From: a virus
Taxonomy: Duplodnaviria > Caudoviricetes
Length of the DNA: 64,000 bases
Strand: one strand, 5' to 3'
IMG/VR virus record: IMGVR_UViG_3300017691_000006
Coordinates: 12,751 to 76,750 of that record
Position numbers and translations under genes: made by a program. Shown piece after piece: positions 18,283-27,114 of this stretch. Within the stretch, counting starts at the first letter, position 1. The number at the start of each line of letters is the position of its first letter. The notes under the pieces were generated by a model. The model had not been told where the DNA came from. It was given only the letters and a program-made list of their open reading frames with translations, and made no database searches.

Positions 18283-18386
18283 TCTTCTCTCTTGAGTTTG
18301 ATGTGGACGTAGGTGGCCACGGCCGACGAGACCGTGACCGCTGCTACAAGACCCACGCCCAGGGTGAGCGCGAGGTCGGCTATCAA
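18261..18386 (-). CDS. 41-aa membrane micropeptide (MIADLALTLGVGLV...)
   Basis: TTG start overlaps previous stop; one hydrophobic helix. Confidence 0.45.
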   Translation of the reverse strand: MIADLALTLGVGLVAAVTVSSAVATYVHIKLKREECRNYSR

Positions 18387-18484
18387 CCGGTCAGCTTGCC
18401 GATCGTCGCGGAGATGGTGCCGATCAGCACCGCCCCGACGACCGTGAGCGAGAGCACGGTCCCGAAGAACAGCGTGAGGCTCAC
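18383..18484 (-). CDS. 33-aa membrane micropeptide (MSLTLFFGTVLSL...)
   Basis: GTG overlaps previous stop (GTGA); hydrophobic. Confidence 0.5.
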   Translation of the reverse strand: MSLTLFFGTVLSLTVVGAVLIGTISATIGKLTG

Positions 18485-18669
18485 GACCAGATGAGCCCCA
18501 GGGCCGACGCGGCCACGGAGCCGGCCAGCAGGTAGATGCTCAGGCCGGCGACGTTCTGGCCCAGCGAGATGGTGTCTCGGTTGTAGGACTGCGAGACCAC
18601 CATGCCGCCGAAGATGCCCAGGCAGGACAGCACGGCGAACGTGAGGCTGATGCAGACGAAGGTGGTCAT
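18481..18669 (-). CDS. 62-aa two-TM membrane protein
   Basis: RBS AAGGAG; two hydrophobic helices. Confidence 0.65.
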   Translation of the reverse strand: MTTFVCISLTFAVLSCLGIFGGMVVSQSYNRDTISLGQNVAGLSIYLLAGSVAASALGLIWS

Positions 18670-18680
18670 GTTGTTACTCC

Positions 18681-18848
18681 TTATGACTTTGCGATTGCGT
18701 AGAGGCCCATCGAGACGACGGACACGGTCAGGAGACCCATGCCGAGCATGCCCATGGCCTTGCCGGTGGTGCCCATGAAGTCTTGGGTCGCGTCGACGAT
18801 GAAGCCCGCCACGAAGGTGCCGACCGACAGCAGGGCCACGACCAGCAT
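18681..18848 (-). CDS. 55-aa two-TM membrane peptide (MLVVALLSVGTF...)
   Basis: Read manually; two hydrophobic helices; typical codon bias. Confidence 0.55.
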   Translation of the reverse strand: MLVVALLSVGTFVAGFIVDATQDFMGTTGKAMGMLGMGLLTVSVVSMGLYAIAKS

Positions 18849-18870
18849 GATTTTGATAAACAGAGGAATG

Positions 18871-19098
18871 TCAGCGGTCCTTGAGCGCGAGGAACGCCTG
18901 AGCGTTCTCGATGAGGTGGTTGAAGGTGTCGGCGGAGAGGTCGAGCTGCCTGTTCTCGGGCATGCGCGAGTGCAGGGTACCCGGCCTCGGCGACTTGTCG
19001 ATGATGCGGTAGGTCACCTCACCGGCGATGTTCGTGTCACAGACGACCTTGAGCTTGTCGGTCTCGGCGACGGTGGAGCGGCTTGATCGGATGTCCAT
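18871..19098 (-). CDS. hypothetical protein
   Basis: 75 aa, coupled to upstream gene. Confidence 0.55.
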   Translation of the reverse strand: MDIRSSRSTVAETDKLKVVCDTNIAGEVTYRIIDKSPRPGTLHSRMPENRQLDLSADTFNHLIENAQAFLALKDR

Positions 19099-19352
19099 TA
19101 CCAGCGCTTCCCCTTGAAGGTCTCGAACTTGCGGTTGTAGAGCTCGTGCACGGCGTCAGTGGTGCAGAGGTCGGCGCTCTCGCTCAGCTTCTTGGCCTCC
19201 TCGATACGCGCCTTGAACTGCGCGATGTCGTGCTCGCTCTCGGCGATCGAGTCCTCGCACTGGCGAACCAGACTCACGAGGTTCATCATGTTGGAGTTGT
19301 GCAGGGACTCGGTCTTCTCCTGCATGAGCTCGTCGAAGGTCTTCATTGCCAT
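19098..19352 (-). CDS. hypothetical coiled-coil protein
   Basis: 84 aa, typical codon bias. Confidence 0.55.
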   Translation of the reverse strand: MAMKTFDELMQEKTESLHNSNMMNLVSLVRQCEDSIAESEHDIAQFKARIEEAKKLSESADLCTTDAVHELYNRKFETFKGKRW

Positions 19353-19354
19353 GT

Positions 19355-19837
19355 TCAGTTACCTGCCTGCAGCTTGCGGTACGAGTGGAAGACGCCGTTC
19401 GCGTCGGGCGCGACGACGAAGTTGCCCCGGTGGGCCTTGAGGAAGCCGTTGAGCTTGGCGACGATGGCGGTCAGCTCGCCGTTCGCCGTGACCTTGTCGA
19501 TGATCGGGTTGGTCTCGGTCTCCGACGGGATCGCCGGCTTCTCGGCCACGTAGGCCTTGACGTTGATCTCCAGCTGGCGTCCGGGGAGCGGCATGCCCTC
19601 GACGCGCTCCATGCGGACGAGCAGCAGCTGCAGCCGGATCGACTTGGGCAGCGTGACGATGTGGCGGTCGATCGTGTCCTTGTACTGGATCGCGATCTTG
19701 CCGCCCGGCGACGGGATCAGCACGATGCTCTCGCCCTGCAGCGTGACGTCGACGTAGTCGGGGCGACCCAGCTGCTCGACGTCGTTGTCGGTGAGGGTCA
19801 GGTAGGAGGACTTGTCGGTGACGGTGATGTAGCTCAT
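19355..19837 (-). CDS. hypothetical protein (MSYITVTDK...)
   Basis: Probable ATG at 19837 after GAGAG; ORF track extends to 19999. Confidence 0.55.
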   Translation of the reverse strand: MSYITVTDKSSYLTLTDNDVEQLGRPDYVDVTLQGESIVLIPSPGGKIAIQYKDTIDRHIVTLPKSIRLQLLLVRMERVEGMPLPGRQLEINVKAYVAEKPAIPSETETNPIIDKVTANGELTAIVAKLNGFLKAHRGNFVVAPDANGVFHSYRKLQAGN

Positions 19838-19859
19838 GTGTTCTCTCTCTCGATGTAGT

Positions 19860-20174
19860 TCAGGCGAGCGCGACGGAGACGGGCACTCCGTCCTCGAGCT
19901 GCACCTTGACGCAGACGGCGCTGCCGGCGACGAAGCCCTCGAGCTCGCTCTTCTCGACCTTGTTCTCGGCGCGCAGGCCGGTGAGCCTGAAGTTGGCAAA
20001 CCTGTTCGGCGTCGTGATGTAGCCGTTGGCAGGGTCGATGAGCACCAGGTCGTTGCTGACCGACGGGTCGCGCTCGCTGCGCAGCACCTCCGCCACGACG
20101 CGGCCGTTCTCGATGGTGCCGATGACCTTAACGTTGTACTTACCGATTACGATCGGCTTGCGAATGTTGATCAA
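19860..20174 (-). CDS. hypothetical protein
   Basis: 104 aa TTG start, typical codon bias. Confidence 0.55.
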   Translation of the reverse strand: MINIRKPIVIGKYNVKVIGTIENGRVVAEVLRSERDPSVSNDLVLIDPANGYITTPNRFANFRLTGLRAENKVEKSELEGFVAGSAVCVKVQLEDGVPVSVALA

Positions 20175-20417
20175 GGGGTTGGTCTTCCTGTGCGTAGAGT
20201 TTGCCGCGCGAGAGCACCACCCAGCCGCCCTGGGGCACGATGGCGCTCTCTACAGCGGATAGCCGGATGGCTGCCTGACCTGGTCGCGTGACGGACTCGT
20301 GCACCCTCGCGTCCTCGGCGAGCCACGCGGGCCACACGGACTTGTCCATGTTGTTTACTTGGTAAGCTTGCATACCAGGTCTCCTGTGAGGGCCATCGCA
20401 CGGCCCTCGGGTTGTCG

Positions 20418-20804
20418 TCAGTCGAGCGCGGCGAGCTGCAGCTTGAGCTCCTCGACCGAGGCGCCGGAGAGCTTCTCGTCCTCCTTGTTCTCGATCAAGC
20501 GCATGATCTTGTCGCGCTTCTCCTTGTTCTCGCGGCGCTCGGTGGCCTTCTTGGCCTCCTCCTGCTTGACCTCGATGATGCGCTTGACGACCTCGAGCCG
20601 GGTCTTGAGGTCCGGGTCGGCGGTCGCCGTCTGCACGAGCGACTCGGTCTCGGTCGCCTTGATGTCGGCCAGCAGCACGGTGCCGATGGCGTTGAGGCTC
20701 GTGTCGCCGAGGATCGGCAGCGACCACAGCTGCTCGACGGTGAGCTGGCCCTTGTTGGAGTCGAAGCGGAGCTTCTTGCGGGTGACGGTCTCGAATGCGT
20801 TCAT
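20418..20804 (-). CDS. conserved phage hypothetical protein, coiled-coil C-terminus
   Basis: R.KLRF.S.KG.LTVEQLW.LP motif; RBS AAGGGA. Confidence 0.65.
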   Translation of the reverse strand: MNAFETVTRKKLRFDSNKGQLTVEQLWSLPILGDTSLNAIGTVLLADIKATETESLVQTATADPDLKTRLEVVKRIIEVKQEEAKKATERRENKEKRDKIMRLIENKEDEKLSGASVEELKLQLAALD

Positions 20805-20829
20805 GGTAGTCTGTATCCCTTCTTGGTTG

Positions 20830-22821
20830 TTACATCTTCACCCGGTACGGGCGACCGTCGGCGACCACCTCGAAGGTGGCCGAGTTCGTGGAGGAGAAGC
20901 CGACGCCCGCCAGCTGGTCCTCCGTGGGCTCGCACTTGGTCTTGGAGCCCAGCACCTCCAGCACCTTGCGGTGCTCCTGCAGCTCCGGCCGCAGCGCCTC
21001 GTTGAAGAAGCCGCGGACGGGGTCGGGCGACCTGCAGTCCTTGAGCATCAGGAACAGGTGCTTGTTGCCCTGCTGCCGCGACTGCTCCCAGTAGTTGGGC
21101 GAGAGCAGCACGGTCTCGACGGGCACGCGCTCGCCGAGCTTGACGCCCCACTTCTCGCCGCCTCGCATGGAGCCCTCGCGGACGAGCTTGGACTTCTCGA
21201 CGTTGACGACCTCGCCGTCGCGCACGGTGACCAGCAGGTAGGTGTTCTTGCCGCGCACCTCCTGGTCGAAGTGGAACTGGCGCACGACGCCCTTGTTCTC
21301 CAGCTCCAGCGTGAAGCCGAAGTCCTTGCCCTCGCGCTGCTTGTACTGGTTCACCTGCACCTGGTACGTGCCGTCCCGCAGGTTGAAGCGGGTGTAGGAC
21401 ACGTTCTCGACGGCGTCCCGCACCGGTTGCGACACGTTCATGTCGACGTCGAGCTTGCCGGCCTTGTTGCCGTGGTAGACGACGTGGCCGGTGGGCTCCG
21501 TGACCCAGATGTCGAGGTCGTCCAGGTTGAACCAAGCCAGCGAGATGCGGAGGGCGGCGTTCGTGACGTTACCGCCCTTAGCCTCCACCCGGTTCCTGAT
21601 GCTGGCGTCCGCGACGTCGCCGTCGTAGGACCATGCGAAGTCGTTGCCCCACGAGAAGAGCCCGCCCGAGGCCTCGTCCTGCGCCGCCGTCAGGGCGACG
21701 AAGTTGGTCGAGTTCTCGGGACGGACCACGGCCTCTAGCTTGCGGGTGCCCGGCAGCACCTCGCTCAGGAACGTCTGCACCGGGATGTCGGTGAACGCCT
21801 GGGGCAGCTTGTCGCCCTTGCCGACCGAGGTCCCCAGGATGTCCGACAGGCTCTCGGCGCCCTTCATGCGGTCGCGGACGTCGTTGTCCACGAACAGCAC
21901 GTCGTTCACGTTGAGGTCGTCGGGCCGCGCCATGCGGCGACGGATCGCCCCGCCCAGGCCGAGCTCCTCCAGCTTCTTGGAGGCGTTCTCGACCATCTGC
22001 GCCGAGATCGGGGCGCTGGTACGGCGGTAGTTGTCGGGAGCCACCTTGCTCTCGAACGAGGCCACGGCCCTCTCCAGCAGAACGTCGTTCGACAGGTCGA
22101 CGACGAGGGTGCCGATCGCCGTGTTGCGGAAGCGGGTCGCGGGCTGGTGCAGGTTGCCCCAGATGAAGTCCTCGCTGCGGCCCGACTCGGACCAGAGGTT
22201 CTTCAGCTTGAGGAAGTCTGCAACCGCCTTGCGATGCTCCTCACCGCGGTAGAGCTGCTTGCCGTCGATGAGCTCGAGCACGGTCTCCAGCGAGCCCGTG
22301 AGCAGCTCCTTGAGGCCGCGCTGCAGGACCTGGTAGGTCGAGTTGAGCTCGCCCGCCTTCTTGTCCGGCGTGAGCGAGAAGTGACGGTCCTCGACGCGGC
22401 CGTGGAAGTGGTGGAACTTCCGGTCGCTCTTGTCGTCGAAGTTGCTCTCGGTGCCGAACGAGCGCTCCTTGCTACGGAACACGCCGACGATCGGCGCGGC
22501 CATCAGCAGGTCGTGCAGCTTCTTGGCCACGACCTCGTACGCGTAGTAGCTGACCATGGCGTCGCCGAGGTCCCAGCAGGTCGTGCGGTTGCCCGCGCTG
22601 TCGACGGCCACCAGCGAGCCGAGGCGTCGCAGGTACTGCTTGCAGCAGTTGCAGTCGTGCTCGGTGCGCTCACGGAACAGCGGGTTGGTGCCGTCCGGGA
22701 ACGCGGCGAGGTAGTGGTCGAACACGTCGACGTCGAGGCGCACGACGAACAGCTCGCTCGTCTTGGCCATGTCGTTGTACTTGGTGTGGACGCGGTCTGC
22801 GAATGACTTGAAGTCGGACAT
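20830..22821 (-). CDS. large conserved phage protein with HDCNCC motif and YfaP/DUF2135-like domain
   Basis: 663 aa; TEHDCNCCKQY near N-terminus; ISLAWFNLDDLDIWVTEP...LDVDMN resembles YfaP-type domains. Confidence 0.6.
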   Translation of the reverse strand: MSDFKSFADRVHTKYNDMAKTSELFVVRLDVDVFDHYLAAFPDGTNPLFRERTEHDCNCCKQYLRRLGSLVAVDSAGNRTTCWDLGDAMVSYYAYEVVAKKLHDLLMAAPIVGVFRSKERSFGTESNFDDKSDRKFHHFHGRVEDRHFSLTPDKKAGELNSTYQVLQRGLKELLTGSLETVLELIDGKQLYRGEEHRKAVADFLKLKNLWSESGRSEDFIWGNLHQPATRFRNTAIGTLVVDLSNDVLLERAVASFESKVAPDNYRRTSAPISAQMVENASKKLEELGLGGAIRRRMARPDDLNVNDVLFVDNDVRDRMKGAESLSDILGTSVGKGDKLPQAFTDIPVQTFLSEVLPGTRKLEAVVRPENSTNFVALTAAQDEASGGLFSWGNDFAWSYDGDVADASIRNRVEAKGGNVTNAALRISLAWFNLDDLDIWVTEPTGHVVYHGNKAGKLDVDMNVSQPVRDAVENVSYTRFNLRDGTYQVQVNQYKQREGKDFGFTLELENKGVVRQFHFDQEVRGKNTYLLVTVRDGEVVNVEKSKLVREGSMRGGEKWGVKLGERVPVETVLLSPNYWEQSRQQGNKHLFLMLKDCRSPDPVRGFFNEALRPELQEHRKVLEVLGSKTKCEPTEDQLAGVGFSSTNSATFEVVADGRPYRVKM

Positions 22822-22832
22822 TGACTTTCTCC

Positions 22833-23087
22833 TCAGAGGTGGTGTTGTGGTGTGGTCAGGGTGATCACGAGCTGGTGCCTGTGCGTCTTCCTGAAGCTCA
22901 GCTTCGTGAAGCGCCAGTGCCAGCCCTCCCGCTGCGTGTCCTTGCCCGTACCTACGTGGTACAGGCCGACGACGCCGGGTATCTTCCAGGAGCGGCGGGT
23001 CGCCCAGCCGTTGGTCCCGCCGTTGCGGGTGTAGACGATAGCGCCGAACAGCCGCCTGTGGCCCGCGTCGACGCGCTTGTTCTCCAC
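22833..23087 (-). CDS. hypothetical basic protein
   Basis: 84 aa GTG start. Confidence 0.5.
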   Translation of the reverse strand: MENKRVDAGHRRLFGAIVYTRNGGTNGWATRRSWKIPGVVGLYHVGTGKDTQREGWHWRFTKLSFRKTHRHQLVITLTTPQHHL

Positions 23088-23136
23088 GCGCTTGTAGAGG
23101 CCGAAGAACCTCTCTGTCTCGTCGAAGTCGTAGATG

Positions 23137-23295
23137 TTACTTCTCCTTCTTCCGGAACACGCCGAGCACGGTTATCCGCGTCAGCCTGCGTACGTCGAGT
23201 ACAGCCAAGTAGGCCTCCTCGCGGGTCATCCAGTGCGCTGAGCACCAGTACCCCACGTGCTCGCTGTAGTAGGCGAGCTTGCAGTCCTCTTTCAC
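23137..23295 (-). CDS. 52-aa hypothetical protein
   Basis: GTG overlaps upstream stop (GTGA) after GGAGG. Confidence 0.45.
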   Translation of the reverse strand: MKEDCKLAYYSEHVGYWCSAHWMTREEAYLAVLDVRRLTRITVLGVFRKKEK

Positions 23296-23978
23296 CAGCC
23301 CTCCATCGGGAACTCGAGGTACACCTGCGCCTGCTGGCGTATCTCGTTGGTGATGCGGTCGACGCGGTCGGTGTTGCGCGAGACGCGGCCGAACCAGCGC
23401 CAGCCGGAGCCCACCGCTTTGGTACCCTGGTGAAAGGCCTGCCAGTCGAAGAACACCAGCGACCTGTCGGGCACGGGTGACCTCTCCATCTTGCCCGCCT
23501 CGATGGCGGCGACCACCTCCGCGTGCCACTTGCGGTAGATGAGCTCGCCCTCCGACGGTATCTCCAGCTCGATCTCGCCCAGGGCGAAGTCGGTAGGCGC
23601 GACGTCGGCGTTGACGAGGCCGAGGATGTGCTCGCTCTTGTAGCGCGGGTTACGGTAATCGGGCTGGCCCGCCGTGGCGAAGTGCTGGCCCACCGGGATA
23701 GGAGGCCGTGGCACGTCGTCGTGGTGGTACCCTGGGATGGCCGGGTACCAGCCGGGCATGAGCATGTGCACTCGGCTGTCGAACACGCAGTTCTGGTGTG
23801 TCCAGCTGCGCGGCAGGGCGTCGACGAAGCTGCGCGTGATCGGACCTCCGTGCTGGTAGGCGAAGCTGATGTCGCAGTTGAAGAACATGGGCTCGTCCTT
23901 CACGCGCTCGTTGCCGACCTCCTGCGCGAAAGGGCGGAGGACCATGGCGTCGGAGCTGATCTTGATGGTGTCTACCAT
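23292..23978 (-). CDS. putative 2-oxoglutarate/Fe(II) dioxygenase-like (DSBH) protein
   Basis: GYHHDD (HxD) and distal FHQG...WRWFGR (H and R ligands); probable ATG at 23978 after AGAGG. Confidence 0.6.
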   Translation of the reverse strand: MVDTIKISSDAMVLRPFAQEVGNERVKDEPMFFNCDISFAYQHGGPITRSFVDALPRSWTHQNCVFDSRVHMLMPGWYPAIPGYHHDDVPRPPIPVGQHFATAGQPDYRNPRYKSEHILGLVNADVAPTDFALGEIELEIPSEGELIYRKWHAEVVAAIEAGKMERSPVPDRSLVFFDWQAFHQGTKAVGSGWRWFGRVSRNTDRVDRITNEIRQQAQVYLEFPMEGW

Positions 23979-23994
23979 TCTGTACCTCTTGGTG

Positions 23995-24225
23995 CTAGGG
24001 GTTGAGTCTGTAGCCGACGACGTTGCCGGCCTCGAAGCGTTCCAGGCAGCGCTCAGCCGCCTCCTTCGTAACGTAGTACTCGGAGTCGCGGGAGCCCGGC
24101 TCGTCGCCGAACTCACCATGGTAGACGGTACCCACGTACCATCCTGCAGGTGACTTCATGACCTGCAGCTCGCTGTAGTTAGGCTCGCCCTCGGGGTGTA
24201 CCTTGGACGCCTGCAGCGACCTCAC
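23995..24225 (-). CDS. conserved small phage protein
   Basis: LQVMKSPAGWYVGT...PGSRDSEYY motif. Confidence 0.6.
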   Translation of the reverse strand: MRSLQASKVHPEGEPNYSELQVMKSPAGWYVGTVYHGEFGDEPGSRDSEYYVTKEAAERCLERFEAGNVVGYRLNP

Positions 24226-24770
24226 AGGCCGGCCTCCTTCTTGAATGCCCTGACCGCTTCTACAGCGGTCTCTACGCCGCAGTGGGTGCGGGTAAGGGCT
24301 ACAGCGAATATTTTAGCGATCTGCTCAAGCTGAACGTTATCGTAAACGGGCTTCTCGGGCGCGTCGCAGTCCTCTACCTCGGGGGCGAGTCGAGCGTAGA
24401 GCATCTCGAGCTCCTCGGCCATCACGCGGCACTTGTCGTAGTGGCTCTCGATGTAGGGCAGCCGCTCGCCGGGCTGGCGGTTCTTTGGCATGTCGCCGTA
24501 GCGCTTGAGGGCGGAGATGAACTCCTCGATGCGCGGGCGGTCGAGCGTCGCGATGAGCTCGATGCGGGCCGTGTCGCCGTTGAGGTTCCTGCGCTCCGCT
24601 GCGTAGTAGTTGGCTGCTCCCGGTGACTCGAACTTCACCATGTTGGTGAAGCCGCCGTAGGTGTCGTCCAGTACCAGGTAGATGCCGTCGTTGTAGGCGC
24701 TGATGTGGCCGTTCTTGTCGGCCTGGGTGTTCACGACGCGGACGGTGTTGAATCGCTTGAAGTCTTGCAC
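24222..24770 (-). CDS. hypothetical protein
   Basis: 182 aa, GTG start after GAGGAG. Confidence 0.55.
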   Translation of the reverse strand: MQDFKRFNTVRVVNTQADKNGHISAYNDGIYLVLDDTYGGFTNMVKFESPGAANYYAAERRNLNGDTARIELIATLDRPRIEEFISALKRYGDMPKNRQPGERLPYIESHYDKCRVMAEELEMLYARLAPEVEDCDAPEKPVYDNVQLEQIAKIFAVALTRTHCGVETAVEAVRAFKKEAGL

Positions 24771-24824
24771 GGGGTCTCTCCTCGGGTGGGTTAGGGCCTA
24801 CCAAGCCAGCAGGCCCTGGGGGTG

Positions 24825-25334
24825 TCAGACGCGCGGTCGGGGGTGGCGAGTCATGGGTGCGCCCGTGCGGCGCTCCTGCGTACCTATCGCTGGCACAGGA
24901 GCTGGTACGGGTGTGCGGTCGATGAGGCGAGAGTGGTCGAGCCAGCCGGCGTCGGCCTGCTTGAACGCCTTAGCGTCGTGTCTCGGCGTGACGATCACCA
25001 TCAGGCAGCCGTTGAGCGTTATGGAGCGGGCCGTGACCGTGCCCACGATGCCCGTGATCTTGTCCTCGACCAGCTGCCCCAGGTCAACCTTGAAGGGCAG
25101 CTCGGCTTGCGGCAGGAGGTCGCACAGCTCCTCGTCTACGACCTCCATGGCGTAGTGATCAAAGCCGATCCGCTCCGGCACGGTCCCGCCGTCCGTGACC
25201 TTGGGTTGCACGATGAGGTGTACGGAGCCGTTGTGCAGCTCGGTGAAGGACTCGAGGATACCCTCCAGCCCGGTGATCTTGTCGCGAACCTTCTGGCCGC
25301 GCTTGAACCCGCTCGGGATTGTGAAGTCTACCAT
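24825..25334 (-). CDS. protein with two tandem copies of a small beta-barrel-like domain
   Basis: GQKVRDKITGLEG...LHNG..LIVQP repeated as GQLVEDKITGIVG...LNG..VIVTP; probable ATG at 25334. Confidence 0.6.
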   Translation of the reverse strand: MVDFTIPSGFKRGQKVRDKITGLEGILESFTELHNGSVHLIVQPKVTDGGTVPERIGFDHYAMEVVDEELCDLLPQAELPFKVDLGQLVEDKITGIVGTVTARSITLNGCLMVIVTPRHDAKAFKQADAGWLDHSRLIDRTPVPAPVPAIGTQERRTGAPMTRHPRPRV

Positions 25335-25338
25335 GTCG

Positions 25339-25764
25339 CTATTCCTCTTGGATGTTGATGAACTCACGGGCGAACGCCTGCAGCGCCGCCATGTACTCCT
25401 TGTCGTTCCATATCCTGCAGATGCCGCTGGTGTGCGGGAGCAGCAGGACGTTGTCTACTACGTCTCCTATCTTCATGTTGCGAAACTTCACGGGCATGGC
25501 TCGGTTGGCCGAGATACCCATGACCAGGAATGGGTGCATGCCCGACCGGTTGTAGTACCGGCTGACGCGCTCCCTGACGTGGGTGCGGGTCGTGGGCGTC
25601 TTCCCCTCCTCGACGGCGTTCATGCGGGTCGTCCCCGCCCTGTACTCGTCGGACGACATGCCCAGCAAGGCCGCGAGGCGCTTGCCGGACATGCTGTCGT
25701 CGGGGTCCAGGGGAGAGGACGGGTCGGTGTTGGGACCGGGCCGCTCCCCCAGCACGTAGATCAC
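25339..25764 (-). CDS. minimal uracil-DNA-glycosylase-superfamily protein
   Basis: N-terminal VLGERPG and C-terminal LLPHTSG..RIWN match the two UDG-superfamily motifs; GTG at 25764 overlaps upstream stop. Confidence 0.6.
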   Translation of the reverse strand: MIYVLGERPGPNTDPSSPLDPDDSMSGKRLAALLGMSSDEYRAGTTRMNAVEEGKTPTTRTHVRERVSRYYNRSGMHPFLVMGISANRAMPVKFRNMKIGDVVDNVLLLPHTSGICRIWNDKEYMAALQAFAREFINIQEE

Positions 25765-26219
25765 CCCACGCAGACGTCGTTGACGCGCGGGGCGTAGCGG
25801 TGTTGGATCCACTCGTACTCGAAGCCCTGCGCCATCGCGAAGCCCACGGCGAGGCACCTGAACACCTCCCTGTCCCAGGTGGACGTGGGGCTCAGGCCGA
25901 GGTGGGCCGCGTCGTGCAGCACCTGCAGTCGGCTGAGGAACTCCTCCGACACGCCCTGCTTGGCGAGGCGCTCCGCCACGTCGGGGTTGTTCGCGAAGTA
26001 GGTGCCCACGCTGCCGTACAGCGTGCTGTCGTTGGCCAGCTCCGCCTCGGTGAGTAGCCAACCCACGGCGCAGTGCACGTTGGGCTCCTTGTCCAGCTTG
26101 TAGGCGCAGAGCATGTCCACGTGGTTGTAGCAGCGCTTGCCCTGCTGGATGATGCCGTAGACGGAGACCTTGAAGGCGTCCTCCTCGGACGCTACTTCCA
26201 GTTGTACGTTCTCTCGCAC
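25761..26219 (-). CDS. tandem paralog 3 of 3 (CAVGWLL family)
   Basis: Shares C.Y...CAVGWLLTE.E...FL.RLQ.LHD...FR..A.GFA.A.GF with the two upstream genes. Confidence 0.7.
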   Translation of the reverse strand: MRENVQLEVASEEDAFKVSVYGIIQQGKRCYNHVDMLCAYKLDKEPNVHCAVGWLLTEAELANDSTLYGSVGTYFANNPDVAERLAKQGVSEEFLSRLQVLHDAAHLGLSPTSTWDREVFRCLAVGFAMAQGFEYEWIQHRYAPRVNDVCVG

Positions 26220-26671
26220 TTGCGAAGCTCCTTGATTGGTGCTAGGTGTTCGTTGTCGATGAAGGGCCAGGAGCCCTCTGTGGTGAGCCAGGTGGTGGAG
26301 AAACCCATGGCTTGGGCGAAGCCGACGGCCTTCATTCGGAAGAAGTCGAAGTCGAACTCTAAGCCCTTGCTGTAGTCGGTACGGTCGTGAAGCTGCTGCA
26401 TACGGCTGAGGAACCGCATCCCGTCCTCACGAGACATGCCGGTTTGCTCCAGCAGCCTCTCACCCACCGCCGGGAACCTGGTGAACAGCTGTTCGACATC
26501 CATAGACTCTAGGCCTACGGTGGCCTTCGCCTCCTCTTCGGTCAGCAGCCAGCCGACCGCGCAGCGCTTGCCCTCCGGGTCCAGGTAGACGCAGGACGGG
26601 CCGTAGAAGGCCCTGCCGTTCTGCTTGAGGATGTTGTAGACCGCCTTGCGGAACAGGTTCTCGGCGCTCAT
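26192..26671 (-). CDS. tandem paralog 2 of 3 (MSAENLFRKAVYNILKQN...)
   Basis: ATG at 26671 overlaps upstream stop; same motifs. Confidence 0.7.
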   Translation of the reverse strand: MSAENLFRKAVYNILKQNGRAFYGPSCVYLDPEGKRCAVGWLLTEEEAKATVGLESMDVEQLFTRFPAVGERLLEQTGMSREDGMRFLSRMQQLHDRTDYSKGLEFDFDFFRMKAVGFAQAMGFSTTWLTTEGSWPFIDNEHLAPIKELRKCERTYNWK

Positions 26672-27114
26672 GCCTCGAATACCTTGTTCAGGGGCGGGTG
26701 GTCCTCGCCGTCGAAGTAAACGGAGATACCGGTCTCCAGCAGCCAGCCGGCTCCGAAGCCCATGGCCTGGGAGAAACCGTAGGCGCGCTGGCGGAAGGCG
26801 TCGCGGTCGAACGCCGTCATGTCGTCGTGAAGCGCCTGCAAACGTGACAAGAACTCCCTGTCGCTGCCCTTGTACTCCTCGTTCATGTCGACCTGCAGCC
26901 GATCGGCGACGGCGGGGAGGTGTTGCAGCAGCTTGACCGCTGTCATCGACGGCATGGTCTGGGTGACCAGCGCCTCCTCCTCCGTCAGCAGCCAGCCGAC
27001 CGCGCACCGGCGCTCGCCGTCCTTGTACACGCAGGAGCCCGTCTTGCCGACCGCGCGGGCGTTCTGCTTGAGGATGTTGTAGACGGCCTTGTTGAATACG
27101 AACTGTCTGTTCAT
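26668..27114 (-). CDS. tandem paralog 1 of 3 (MNRQFVFNKAVYNILKQN...)
   Basis: Same motifs; RBS AGGA. Confidence 0.7.
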   Translation of the reverse strand: MNRQFVFNKAVYNILKQNARAVGKTGSCVYKDGERRCAVGWLLTEEEALVTQTMPSMTAVKLLQHLPAVADRLQVDMNEEYKGSDREFLSRLQALHDDMTAFDRDAFRQRAYGFSQAMGFGAGWLLETGISVYFDGEDHPPLNKVFEA

